Assembly: GCF_006345805.1 (NCBI RefSeq)
Contig: NC_043013.1
Coordinates: 4,092,001-4,156,000 of the forward strand
Reading direction: 5' to 3'
Source of the DNA: Octopus sinensis
Taxonomy: Eukaryota
DNA length: 64,000 nt
Below are positions 1 through 13,059 of the stretch, piece by piece. The position numbers and the translations under genes were made by a program. The notes beneath the pieces were generated by a model, which was not told where the DNA came from, made no database searches, and saw only the letters and a list, made by a program, of their open reading frames with translations. Numbering within the stretch: the stretch's first letter is position 1; each line of letters starts with the position of its first letter.

Positions 1-399
1 TTATATGTGTCTCCGTCAATTTTTGAGGGCCTATTTTCGATGTTACCTGCACGCTGCCTTAGTTTTCAGTTTTTAATTCTATGAATGTAGTGCTCCATAT
101 TCTATAAGACAGTATACTTTTTTTATCAACAGTTATTTGTCTTTATTTACAAATGTTTGCAATTCTTATTATAGAAAGATAATAGTAATTGAAAATTGCA
201 GCAATGTTTCATTCCCTAACCAGACGGGCATTTAACAACATGACAGTCAAAACTCAAGATCTTTAGCAAGACACAGAGAGATAGAGATAGATAGATAGAT
301 AAATAGAGAGTGAGAGAGCTACCGTTATACAGTTATTATTATACTATGAGTCTTCCATAGTGACTTTCTCTCCGTAACTTACAAAGCCTTTCTGGTTTG

Positions 400-626
400 T
401 TTACAAATATTATATATCTATAAACACGTATATACACACACACACATACAAGAATAAATACATGCATCCTTTACCCTCTCTCTTTATATACGTTTATGTG
501 CACGAATACAAATGTATGCAAATTGTATATAATGGATGTGTTGTGTGCGTTGGCCACAGATACGTTTTCCGCAAATATTATATGCTTCTTATGAGACCCT
601 TTATGTATTTGAATTGTGTATATATG

Positions 627-664
<38 letters not shown>

Positions 665-756
665 TATATAATATATATATATATATATATACAACATATA
701 TATATATCATACATATATATATATATATGTATAAATATGTATATATATATATATAT

Positions 757-791
<35 letters not shown>

Positions 792-900
792 TATATATAT
801 ATATAATATATATATATGTATATATGCCCACACACACGCATATAATTATATACGTACACGAACGTATATACACATACCACACCCACCTATACATGTACAT
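400..900. repeat. (TA)n/(CA)n compound microsatellite
   Basis: Long TA dinucleotide run with interruptions; explains the YI-repeat ORFs. Confidence 0.95.
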
Positions 901-1174
901 AAATACAGAATCACTCGTATATACATATTGTTCTCATTCTCTTTTTCTTCTTTGTATTTTTATCTCCTTTCATTCTACACTTCATCTGTTTCTTATAGGT
1001 CCTCATGTTTACTCATAACTTCCTTTCTTCTCAACTTTAGCCTACTCTCTCTCTCTTTCTCTACCACCCTTTTACTCTCTTCTCCCTTTCATACATATGA
1101 TATTCATTCCAGAGTTGTGCAGCACATACGTCTACAGGTATTTTATACCCACCTCAAATATTGTAGCGTGTTAC

Positions 1175-1175
<1 letters not shown>

Positions 1176-1206
<31 letters not shown>

Positions 1207-1211
1207 TGATG

Positions 1212-1248
<37 letters not shown>
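1176..1248. repeat. (TAA)n microsatellite
   Basis: Direct reading: aataataat... with a few gat units. Confidence 0.95.
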
Positions 1249-1251
<3 letters not shown>

Positions 1252-1509
1252 GGTCCTCACTCAGATTGGCTCTTGACTCAGCCCTTCTCGAAATGATTGT
1301 TTAAACAAAAACAAAACAAAACAAAAACAATCAAAATTATGAGAAACTCAGGTGTATTTGAAACTCTTTGATGACAAGTTCAAGGGGAAATTTTCGCTCT
1401 GCGCAAAAGTGATAAACGATAAAAATTTTAAAAGATAGTTTGAAAGTTGTTTCATTTCAGTGTTAAGCTTCCTTTGTTTAAGTTTTATGATCAACAGATA
1501 AAGAACTCT

Positions 1510-1511
<2 letters not shown>

Positions 1512-1553
<42 letters not shown>

Positions 1554-1555
1554 AT

Positions 1556-1602
<47 letters not shown>

Positions 1603-1613
1603 ATATATATAAT

Positions 1614-1661
<48 letters not shown>

Positions 1662-1790
1662 ACATGTGTATGTATATATATATATATGTTATATATGTAT
1701 ATATATATGTATATATGTATACATGTATATATATGCATATATAAAAGTGTGGTGGTGTATGTATCAATATATATATATATATACACATGT
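1512..1790. repeat. (TA)n microsatellite
   Basis: Direct reading. Confidence 0.95.
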
Positions 1791-2117
1791 TGTCAACAAT
1801 AACTGACTGTCAGACTAGACACTAATTATATGGGTATTACTAAATGAAACTAGCGATATGTTTGGCCATGTCGATAGAGTGCTAACCTGTTGACACAAAT
1901 CATAAAATTTCGTTTCTCGTCCTTGTTGTTTGATGTGTCTTCCACAAGTACATTAGAATTGCAATGACTTTGCATTTCACTTTGTATACGGCTACCATAG
2001 AAATAAATTGTTCAATTATCTATAAACAATTAAATGGGGAGGCATAGTTCACTACTTTAAGCACATACTTATTGAGGAGAGTTTCGTTAGTTTGTAATAT
2101 TGAATTTACACTTTAAG

Positions 2118-2250
2118 GTGGCGGGCTGGAAGAAATTGTTGGCACGTTGGGCAAAATGCTTAGCAGCATTTCGTACACCATTACGTTCTGAGTTCAAATT
2201 CCGCCGAGGTTGACTTCGCCGTTCAACCTCTTGGAGTTAGTAAAATAGGT
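2118..2250 (+). mobile_element. tRNA-derived SINE family A, 5' part (interrupted by MITE)
   Basis: ggtggcgggctgg...gttctgagttcaaattccgccgaggttgacttcgcc matches the family A copies elsewhere in the window; degenerate 3' part resumes after 2672. Confidence 0.75.
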
Positions 2251-2672
2251 GAATCTTTTCGGTTTGAACGGCAGTTTTTTCTAGCGGTATCATATTAAAT
2301 TGTCACCCATAATTATGACCCTAGTATCGATCTATTGCATTTCAATCTGTCTTAGGGTTAGTGTTAGGGTTAGGGGTGGGGGAAGGGTATCTTTTTTTCT
2401 TCACAAATGTAAATAAACCCAATCTGTTTCTTAAACGAGGGACATATTCATACGGCACAGAATGTTTTTTTACCTCAATAGACGTCAGTGATTGGTTGAA
2501 ATTGCAGAAATTGAAAAAAAAACCAACAAAAATCTTACAAACTATAGAATTTTCTCAATAAAGCCAATAGAAAAAGATGTTTTATAAACAAATTTTACAA
2601 GTATACGAAGTTTAAAATTTTTTAGTTAGCTAGAAATTATGTTAAAAACTGCCGTTCAAACCGAAAAGATCC
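2251..2672. mobile_element. MITE with ~29-bp TIR (GGATCTTTTCGGTTTGAACGGCAGTTTTT) and 8-bp TSD, Merlin-like (copy 1)
   Basis: Inverted termini; TSD aaataggt on both sides; internal ttagggtta motif; two more copies at 41300 and 61002. Confidence 0.9.
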
Positions 2673-3155
2673 AAATAGGTAAAGTTGAATAGTGGGGTTT
2701 TGTGCCAAAATTTGAAATCAGTATTGAACTTAGGCTTAAACAACCCCCATCCCATCACAACTACAATCAAATAGTAAAGTATCTAGATGTTACGAGAAAA
2801 AAAGAATAACTATTGCCATTCATACTTTTTTTGGTATCTTAAAACTCGAGAAAACTTATGATGATAGTTCCTGTTTGAAAACTTAGTGTCAGGTTGCCGT
2901 TTGGATAAAATAATGATTTCTACAATTGAAAATAATCATATCAAAAGAAAGAAACAACGATTCTTAACAGAGACAAGATCCAGATTACTGTGGGCAGATA
3001 CGCAGCATAACGAATCGACGATAGATTATTGCCTTTTTTTATTTTACCACAGAAAGTTCAAAGAGATTTGGATTCAATACAGGGAAAAACCGGGCTATCT
3101 GGTGCTCAAATTTTTATTACAACCTTTCTCTTAAAAATATATAAGAAGTATTAAT

Positions 3156-3353
3156 GGCGGTGACTGACAGAACCGTTAGCACGTCGGACTAAATGTTTAA
3201 CAACATTTCGTCTGTCTTTATGCTTAGAGTACAAACTTCGGTGAGGTTAGCTTTGCCTTTCTTCCTTTCAGGATCGATAAAAAAAGTATTAGTCAAGTAT
3301 TGAGGGTGGGAAATCGACCAGCCCTTGCCCCAAAATTTCAGGTCTTGCGCCTG
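3156..3353 (+). mobile_element. SINE family A (degenerate)
   Basis: ggcgg..gacagaaccgttagc..ctttgcctttcttcctttcaggatcgataaa..ccaaaatttcagg. Confidence 0.75.
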
Positions 3354-3375
3354 TAGGAGAAAGAATTATTATTAT

Positions 3376-3575
3376 TGGCAGCGAGCTGGTAGAATCGGTA
3401 CCATGCCGGACAAACTGCTAAGCGGCATTTCTTCCGACTCTACGTGCAGAGCTGAAATTCCGCTGAGATCGATTTTGCCTTTCATCCTTTCGGAATCGAT
3501 GAAATAAGTTAAGCACCCGGGTCGCTGTAATCAATGAGATCCTTGCTCCCAAATTTCAGACATTGTGCCAATAAT
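3376..3575 (+). mobile_element. SINE family A
   Basis: ggcagcgagctggtagaatc..gaaattccgctgagatcgattttgcctttcatcctttcgg..caaatttcagacattgtgcc. Confidence 0.8.
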
Positions 3576-3869
3576 AAAAAAAGATTATTATCGTTTGATA
3601 TTTGATAGTTTCCAGCAGATTTCTACTGCATCAACTGCTACATCTCCGTGTTGTTGAGCTGTTTACAGCATTATGTGTTCTTTTTTGTTGTTCGGGGAGC
3701 ACAAACTGTTCCCGGTATTGTATTGCATCAATTTGTTTTGTTATGGGGTTTCGTTGCAGTCTTTTGTTGTATTGGCGTTTGTATTGTGTGTTGTGTGTAA
3801 TGCGAGTTGTGTTCTTCTGTTGAGTATCCGGTTCATGTTACTTACTGTGTAGAGTGTGTCTTGTGTTTG

Positions 3870-3898
3870 TAGATTATTATTATTATTATTATTATTAC

Positions 3899-3943
<45 letters not shown>

Positions 3944-3950
3944 CATTATT
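3870..3950. repeat. (TTA)n microsatellite
   Basis: Direct reading; source of the poly-N ORF. Confidence 0.95.
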
Positions 3951-4174
3951 TTGCTCAATTTCTAGGCTGAGTGGTGGATTGTGTTCTTGAAAATTCATCT
4001 GGCGCAGCTCTTCTGTCACATCGACACCTGGCGCGTAGTACACAGTGCACCTGTTCAGAAATCGTCGATTTGAGGGAGAGATCGAGCCAATGAGCAGCGC
4101 GAACACATCATTCATTCAGGTTGTTCGGTAAAAGCTGAACGCTCATACGTCGTCTTCGAGAGTCCATCACATTA

Positions 4175-4295
4175 ATTCAAATCCCGCCGAGGTCGACTTT
4201 GCCTTCCATCTTTTCGCGGTCGATAAAATAAGTACCAGTGAAACACTGGGGGATCAATGTAATCGACCTTATCCCGTCCCCCGAATTTCAGGCAT
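4175..4295 (+). mobile_element. SINE family A, 5'-truncated
   Basis: ttcaaatcccgccgaggtcgactttgccttccatc..gtcgataaaataagtaccag. Confidence 0.8.
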
Positions 4296-4772
4296 TTCTT
4301 CTGGTTCTTTACGTCCTGAATTCAAACCTCGCTGCTGGTGTTAAATGATTAGTGCGCGAACCTTTTCTAGGTAGCAACCACATAATCTATCATGTGTTGG
4401 TGATATTCAAGCAAATAAAGACATTTAAAAACAAATCTCATAAATACAATAAAACACCTGCGATCCAAATGATCTGAGTCAGAATCTATGAACAAGCAGT
4501 CCAGTACATTAGATTAGTCAGTTAATCTTCGCCCACCTGAATATAATGCTGCGTTTCATTTCAGTTCGAGATATCAGAATCTTTAGGGAGTTGAAAGAAA
4601 ATTGCTTTGCAACATTCGTTTCGTCCTTTTTACATTCTGAGTTTAAATCTCGCCGAGTTTCATACCTCCATAATTGATATAATAAAGTACCAGTTAAATA
4701 CGGGAGCCAATGATATCTGCTGCTGTCCTCAAAAATGGTGGCCATGTGCTTAAATCTGAAGTAGTTTTTAAT

Positions 4773-4980
4773 GCGGCGATCTGGCAGAATAGTTAGCGCG
4801 TCGGACAAAATGTTTAGTAGCATTGCTTTCTGGTTCTCTTACGTTCTGAGTTAAAATCTCGCCCGGGTCAAATTTACCTTCCATTTGTTTCGGGTTCGCT
4901 AAAGTAACGTACCGGTTAAGAGCTGGAATCGATGGTATCGGCTAACCACCTTCCCTCAAAACTGCTAGCCTTGTGTCTAA
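4773..4980 (+). mobile_element. SINE family A
   Basis: gcggcgatctggcagaatagttagc..gttctgagttaaaatctcgcc.. Confidence 0.7.
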
Positions 4981-5142
4981 ATAGATGATAGATATATATA
5001 ATATCAATGCGTTTAAAATACCTTGTGTGTGCACATGGGACCCAAATATGATGTGTATTTGGGTATCTCCATGTACATATATGCAATCAGATTGACAGGT
5101 GTATGCACTTAATAGTATAATACATCGCTTATGTATGTATGC

Positions 5143-5201
<59 letters not shown>

Positions 5202-5224
5202 ATGTACGTATGTATGTATGCATA

Positions 5225-6475
5225 CAGGGGTTGGACAAAATAATGGAAACACCCAGCATCATAGCATCATAATTTTGAAATATCTATAAAACCGTCAAAA
5301 GCTTGTTTACTCTTATGTTTCTTGATTTATTATTAGTGTTGCTTCATATGTTTTGTTAAAACTGCTCTTTCTTTTCAGATACCAAAGGTAATTAAAATTC
5401 ATTAAAATGACAGATCTATCGGATTTTCAAAGAGATCACATTATTGGTGCACGTATGGCAGGCGCTAGCGTAACGAAAACAGTCGAAATGTTTGGTGTAT
5501 GAAGAAGTACTACCTCGAAAGTAATGACAGCTTTGAGAAAGAGGGAAAAATCACTTTGTCGAAACAAAACTCCGGAAGAAAAGTAAAACTTTCAGATAGG
5601 GACCGTCGGTCTCTTACGGGAACTTTTAGTAAGGACCTCAAGATTACTGCAGAACTTAATGACCACCTCGAGAATCCAGTTTCCACAAAAACTGTTCGCC
5701 GGGAGCTGCACAAAGCCGGATTTCCCGGGAGGGCTGCAATCAGAAAACCACCACGTTCAAAAATAAATGTTGCAAAACATTTAGAGTGGAGTATAAATCT
5801 ACAGAATTGGTCCCTAGAGCAGTGGAAGAACGTTATTTTCTCGGACAAGTCATCGTTTCCCTTATTTCCTACCACAGGCCGAGTGTACGTGTGGAGACAG
5901 TCAAAAGAAGCATTTGACCCAGGCTGCCTTCTTCCAGCTGTTAAGCATGAAGGAGGATCTGATGATCTGGGGGCTATATCTTGGAAATCCGCCGGCTCAA
6001 TGGTTTCACTTCATGGCAGAATTAATAGTGAAGACAATTTAAGCATTTTATCTGATCAAATTCATCCTATGGTTGTTGAACTATTTCCGGGGGAGGGGGG
6101 GCACAATCTTTCAGGATGATAATGCATCACTTCACACAGCTAAAGTTGTTACTGAATGGCACGAGGAACATTCTAGTGAAGTTGAACATCTTATCTGGCT
6201 ACCACAGTCTCCAGATCTCAATATTATTTAACATTTATGGTGCATTTTAGAAAAACAAGTAAAGAGTCGATATCCTCCACCATCATCTCTACAAGAACTA
6301 GAGACAGTTTTAGCTGAAGAATGGACAAAAATTCCTTCGGAAACAATTCAAAGTTTGTACACGTCCATACCTCGTAGAATTCAAGCTGTAATTACTGCCA
6401 AAGGCCATCCTACCGCATCCTAAAATAAATTTCTTTGAAATTTTAAGGTGTTTCCATTATTTTAACCAATCCCTC
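5225..6475 (+). mobile_element. Tc1/mariner DNA transposon, full length (~1.25 kb), transposase pseudogene with DD36E spacing
   Basis: TIR caggggttggacaaaataatggaaacacc / degenerate ggtgtttccattattttaaccaatccctc, TA on both sides; transposase from ATG ~5407 (MTDLSDFQR..GARMAGASVTKT), VIFSD, FQDDNA..SPDLNII(*)HLW; stops and frameshifts present. Confidence 0.93.
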
Positions 6476-6479
6476 TACA

Positions 6480-6505
6480 AGTGTGTATGTATGTATGTAT
6501 GTATG

Positions 6506-6553
<48 letters not shown>

Positions 6554-6722
6554 GTTGTGTGTATGTATCTATGTATGTATGTGTATATATATATATGTGT
6601 GTTTTATATGTATGTGTATGTGTATATATATATGTATGTATGTATGTATGTGTGAGAGAATGTAAGATAAAGAGAGAGAGGGAAAGAGAGAAGGAGAGAG
6701 AGCGAGAGAGATGGAGAGAGGG
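6480..6722. repeat. (TATG)n/(TA)n/(GA)n microsatellite
   Basis: Direct reading. Confidence 0.9.
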
Positions 6723-7720
6723 AGAGGTGCATTTATAAACAAGGAATATACACTCAGAAGCGTTGCGCATATAGACAGTTTATGTGTGGTATTAGAGCGT
6801 AATTTCGGAGTGGAGCCAGAAATGACGAAAAGTAGAGATATTGGCCCTTCTTCCCCGCATTTTTCTTGATATCATGCCAACTATCTGATAATTTTTGATA
6901 TCGCCTAATCGTTTTGACACGACAAACCGATAGTAAAGTAGGAGCAGAAGGAGTTGAGAAGTTTAAAATGTTGACGGTAATACAAAATTATGAAAATAGC
7001 AATCGAGTGCTTTTGAGATTTTCCCTTCTTTTTTCTTTCTTTTATTCCTTTTTATTTTTCTATTCAGGTGCTATTGTACTGTTTCTATTATTCACTATAA
7101 CATTTTGTGTAACTTCATAAGTTTCCTTGAAGTGCAAAAAGAAAATGAAAACAAAAAATGCTACGACAGCCAGAGAAAGTTTTCCAGAAATAGTCGAGAA
7201 AGAAAAGTTGCCGCTAGCTTAGTTGATAAGGCATGATCTTTCTTATTGTATAGACGACTTTTCACATTTTTTTTCAGTAGCTGAATCTCGGCCAATCTAC
7301 ACAGATAAGTAAATAGGTATTATAAAGAAGCTCATGTGTAAATAGGTTTGTTTATATTTTCTATTTGTATGTATTCGAGTTTATATGATTCTATCAATAT
7401 AAAACTCGTGATCTCCAGGGAAGATACGTTGCAATACATTTTAGTGTAGAGATAAGTTTTAGTAGTTTGTACAACTAACCTGTGCGGTCAGATTGTTGCA
7501 AATTGGTTTACTAGTGCACTCTTATTAGGATTTTCAAATTTTATAATGACAACAGACTTGCTTTTATGTTTTATTATTTCTTTCACGAAATTGCCTTTAT
7601 ATGTTTGGCCTCAATTACTTTCAATCAGGCAATTTCTTTAATTTCTTTAATTTCTGTTTTTGAACGATGACAATTTAATCTGGACAACTTGTCAATACCT
7701 CTGCTAATATATTTCTTTGC

Positions 7721-7930
7721 TACCCACAAGGGGCTAAACACAGAGGGGACAAACAAGGACTGACAAACGGATTAAGTCGATTACATCGACCCCAGTGCGT
7801 AACTGGTACTTAATTTATCAAACCCCGAAAGGATGAAAGGCAAAGTCAACCTTGGCGGAATTTGAACTCGGCAGACGAAATACGGCTACGCATTTCGCCC
7901 GGTGCGCTAGCGTTTCTGCCAGCTTGCCAT
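7721..7930 (-). mobile_element. SINE family A, long-tail variant
   Basis: ctacccacaaggggctaaacacagaggggacaaac..gaaaggatgaaaggcaaagtc..ggaatttgaactc; same as 29.4 kb and 54.1 kb copies. Confidence 0.85.
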
Positions 7931-8034
7931 GCGATAAAATACTGTCACAATTTCTTATTTTCAAACATGACTTGTAGTGTGTTCTGGTAACATATGTCTG
8001 TGTCAATTGATAATTAATAATAGTAATAGATTTG

Positions 8035-8950
8035 TAGTTTGGTACCCGATACTATTACGGTAACGTTGTCCGTATATGCAAACACAATCCTTCCGTATTC
8101 CAGCCCCCACGAGATGCTCCTCGAAACTTCCAATTTCCACAGAAGTTGCTCCGCTGCGTGCAGAACAGTGCATGCCATAACTAACGATGCGCAGAAATAC
8201 GCTGAGGTCGCATACCGCCCGTTTCGTTGACGTGAGCAGGTGTAGTAGCTATTTGTCAGACACACTGTGCCATAGATCATTTCCTTCACAGAGTTGCAGT
8301 CTTGTATCAAGCATAGCCCGAGGCTGGGTCTATAGCGTTTAGGGTATTGTTAGGTGTACACAGCCCTTCATCGATCGAAACGGTGGGCAGTGTCTTATAG
8401 AGGTGTAATGGCGGGTAGACGCATCGACATTCTCGAGGATAAGCTGAGTATCGAGAAGGATCAACTAGATGGTATCTTCGGGAGGTCTAGGTTCAATTTC
8501 CAGAAATCCCTGGCTTGGCAGCACTAACCGGGACACTATCGGTTCGGGATAACCTCTACAGTCATGGTAGTATCGTTAGTCGGCCTGCTTAAGATACGGC
8601 AATGATATGGCACTGCTCGCACAGTGCCACATGATTGCAGGCTTGTAGAATTTTGTCTAACAGCTACTGCGTGATGCATGATAGATCCGGCTGTCAGCCT
8701 ACTCCATTATAAGGATCGCTCCTCTGCCTAAAGAAAATTTTCCACTGCCTGGTGCCTACGGCGAAAGGACTGAAGACTGGTATATTTCTCCTCGACGAAG
8801 CCTACAACGTCTTTTTAAAGTGCCATTTAAAAAGAAATGTGACGGTTGAGAATGAAGTGCTGCACACCAGTAAATTTGTTGAAAAGTAGGTGAATGTAGG
8901 ATGGTATACCGAACGAGTGTGCCTGCTCTGAGCTTGCGCTTGTACGATGG
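8035..8950 (-). mobile_element. Decayed Tx1/L1-clade LINE, RT region
   Basis: ORF 8014..8310 reads AEQLLWKLEVSRSISWGLEYGRIVFAYTDNVTVIVS, matching the Tx1 RT block LEPLLRKL..AYADDVTVIV; 5' boundary uncertain. Confidence 0.65.
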
Positions 8951-9187
8951 AGAGAACGGATAGAAGAGAGGCGCCTCCCTCTGGTGTCCTTGACTCTCGG
9001 ATTAATCTAGGGTCAGTTGGGTTCTTTGTTGCTCCTGAGTGGCTCCCTACCCTTTTGAGGAATTTTATGTCTAAAAATTATCTTAATTGTTATTGTTTTT
9101 TATTGTTTTCACGTGTTTATGTAAATCCACACTGCCCTTTCTTCTCACATTGTCCTGAATGCTTTTTCGGCCTTTGTGGCCGATAAA

Positions 9188-9350
9188 GTCTTCTTCTTCT
9201 TCTTCTTCTTCTTCTTCTTCTTCTTCTTCTTCTTCTTCTTCTTCTTCTTCTTCTTCTTCTTCTTCTTCTTCTTCTTCTTCTTCTTCTTCTTCTTCTTCTT
9301 CTTCTTCTTCTTTATTATCATCTTCATCACCATTATTATTATCATCATTA

Positions 9351-9388
<38 letters not shown>

Positions 9389-9500
9389 GTAGTAGTAGTA
9401 GTAGTAGTAGTAATAGTATAGTAGTAATAGTAGTAATAGTGGTGGTGATGATGATGATGATGATGATGATGATCATGATGATGATAATAATAAATAATAA
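9188..9500. repeat. Compound trinucleotide microsatellite (CTT)n-(ATT)n-(AGT)n-(GAT)n
   Basis: Direct reading. Confidence 0.95.
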
Positions 9501-9974
9501 TAATCGTGGAAAATTGAGTTGAAGTCTTGCCGTGGCCCAATTTGTTCCTCAACCCAACGGTTTCGATAACATAAGTAGCAGGCGATTGAATCCACTTTAA
9601 GCTCACCCACCGCCGAAATATCTACGACCTTGTGTCATTGTAAGAAAGCATTATTAATATCACTATTAATAACATCGCTAATATTATTATTAGTCCGCCC
9701 CCACCCCCTCGCTCTCCTTTTTGTACCAAGCGATGATCGAGTTTGACTTGAGGCTGGGTGGCCTACTCACGTAGTCAGTGGGGGTGAAGTTCATGTGGTA
9801 AAGGTAGTGCAAAGCAACATAGTGGAAATGGTGGGAGTTGGTAATTAGACGAAGACGCTTAACACAAAATGTTTGGCATTGCCATCTCAGCCCGACAGCA
9901 ATGATAAGAGAAAGGAGAGCTTTGTTGACAAGAAGCTGAAATCTAAGAGGGCTAGTCATCCGAAAATATCTCTT

Positions 9975-10325
9975 AGACACACATACACACACGCACACAC
10001 ACGGACACACACACACAGACACACACACACACACACACATACACAAACGCACACACGCACACACACAGACACACACACACACACAGAGACAGACAGACAG
10101 ACACACACACACACATACACACACGCACACATGCACACACACACACACACATACACACCCGCACACACGCACACACACAGACACACACACGCACGCGCAC
10201 ACACACACACGCACACACACAGACACACACACACACACGCACACACACAGGCACACAGGCACACCACACACACACACACCACACACACACACACACACAC
10301 ATGCACACACACACAGAGACGCGTA
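9975..10325. repeat. (CA)n imperfect microsatellite
   Basis: Direct reading. Confidence 0.95.
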
Positions 10326-10674
10326 TATAAGCACTGACAATACATTTCCTCACAGAAATAAGCTAAATAGTTTTAATATTATTAGTTCGGTGGTGGCGGA
10401 CCGGGCGAGGACATTTAAAGAAGAAAGTGAGGATGCGAGAATTCAGACAAGAATATCGCTCGTTCTGAGTAAAAATGTCACTGGAAATATAGACACAACT
10501 CACAACTATATTTACGCGTACGCGCGTGTATGTGTGTGTCTACGTGCGACAGTGCGTGCGTGTGTATGTATGTGTGTGAGTGTGTGTGAGAGATTTAGAG
10601 AGAGAGAGTGCGTGTGTGTATAAACACATACACGTATTGAAGTATATATATATATTTATAACAATCTCGCTCTA

Positions 10675-10705
<31 letters not shown>

Positions 10706-10819
10706 GTATGCACACACACATACACACATCGGTTTAAACATTGTAAATACATAAATATGTATGTGTCATTGTATGATAGACATATAAGCGTGTATGTATG
10801 AGTGTTTGTATGAATGTAC

Positions 10820-11395
<576 letters not shown>

Positions 11396-11909
11396 CTACA
11401 CGTACATACATACGGGTTTACATGTGAATCATATAATGATACGTACATATACATCATTAACACCCTGAGATATGGCGTGAGTGCAATACATAATACGCAG
11501 ACATAGAAACTTATTCACACAAGTGTCTTTCATGTGGTCAACCATGCAATCTCTTAGTCATCTAGTTTTTATTACCTACAAGAGCTCAGGTAGTTGGTGG
11601 AGAAACAACTACATACATACATACACACATCTACACTATGTATATATATATATATATATATAATATACATACATACAAGCATGCACGCACGTAACACAAT
11701 TATATATATATATATATATATTTATGTAAATCCCACATGAATAACATTGACTGGATAAGAAATAACTCTTATATCCAGGTCAAAGAGTATTTTAGATGCA
11801 CATGTCTTTGTTTAACAATAGAGGTGTAAAGAAAATATATGCTTACATTTACAAGGTTGTATACATACATACATACATGCATACATGCGTACATACATAC
11901 ATACATACA

Positions 11910-12224
11910 TTGTTGTTGTTGGCATCCTTTTTGTCTCGGGAGACAATGGAGTTGCGCATAAAGTAGTCTAGTCCGGCTTTTACATTTCATGTCCTAATAC
12001 ATCTCCTGCTGTGGCTGTGTAGTCCTATCCTGGACAAACACTCCCTCTGGCAGGTACCGCAAATGTAGTGAAGACTGTTCCTGGCTGGTTGTAATGACAT
12101 AGTCTCTTGTTGACGTCTTTTCTTGTCTTTCCATTTCTCCTCTCTCTCTCTGTCACTCCTTTGTATTCCCTCTTTTACGCTACGTCGCCAAAAATCCACG
12201 GTTGCCGGCAACTGCATCCCAACC
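11910..12224 (-). mobile_element. RTE-BovB-type LINE 3' end
   Basis: C-terminus WRRSVKEG..CGTCQRECLSRIGLHSHSRRC followed by ccattgtctcccgagacaaaaaggatgcc(aac)n, a typical RTE-BovB tail. Confidence 0.85.
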
Positions 12225-12295
12225 GCTATACATACATACATACATACAACATACATACAAACCTACATACATACATACACACACATACATACATA

Positions 12296-12348
<53 letters not shown>

Positions 12349-12419
12349 TATATATATATAGTTATATATATATATTATATATATATATATGTATATATAT
12401 ATGTATATATAACGTTTGC

Positions 12420-12622
12420 AAGCTTCTTCCCGAGCCACCATAGGCTCATGACACCATTTCCTGGATTCTGTGGCGTGGGATTACTGATTTTTGCCAGGTG
12501 AGTCGACTGGAGCAACGTGAAAGGAAGTGTTTTGCTCATGAACACAACGCATCGCCCGATCCAGGAATCGAAACCACAGTTTTACGATCATGAATGCAAT
12601 ACTCTAACCACTAAGCCATGCA
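12420..12622 (-). mobile_element. tRNA-derived SINE (family D head, CORE-like middle)
   Basis: Minus strand gcatggcttagtggttagagt (A-box)..ggtttcgattcctgg (B-box)..gagcaaaacac..ttcacgttgctccagtcgactca. Confidence 0.65.
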
Positions 12623-13059
12623 CACACACACACATAACTTCTTGTCTTTCCACATCTCTCACTCATATACATATAACATACACACACATATATGATATAT
12701 GATGTAATATATAGATTATCCGCAACGCCGCCCAAATTTTGTCGCAAATACAGAGTCTATGGGCCTGACTGAAATTATGGATGCATAAACGGGCACAAGT
12801 GTTCTTTATTTTATCTGAAACTCTGTTCGATCGCTCTTTTCATGATGTATGTCTAAAGCTGGAATGTAAGAGCCATCAGTTGAAAGGTGTGAAACGGAGC
12901 ACAAACAGCAATGAATAAAAGCCAAATATAAATTCCTTTTAATACTGACCGCCAAGAGTTTTATTAAACACGATGAAGCCTCCGATTTAACTATATGAAT
13001 GGGTGCAACATAGTGTTTACACACACACACGGAAAAAAAACAGACAAAAAAACGAACAG

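Noticed and set aside
462-1179. Long ORFs rich in YI, CV, HT or IYLS repeats (also 9690-10353, 18581-19330, 31642-33352, 46030-46491 and others)
   Set aside because: Translations of di-, tri- and tetranucleotide microsatellites that lack stops in some frames; not genes
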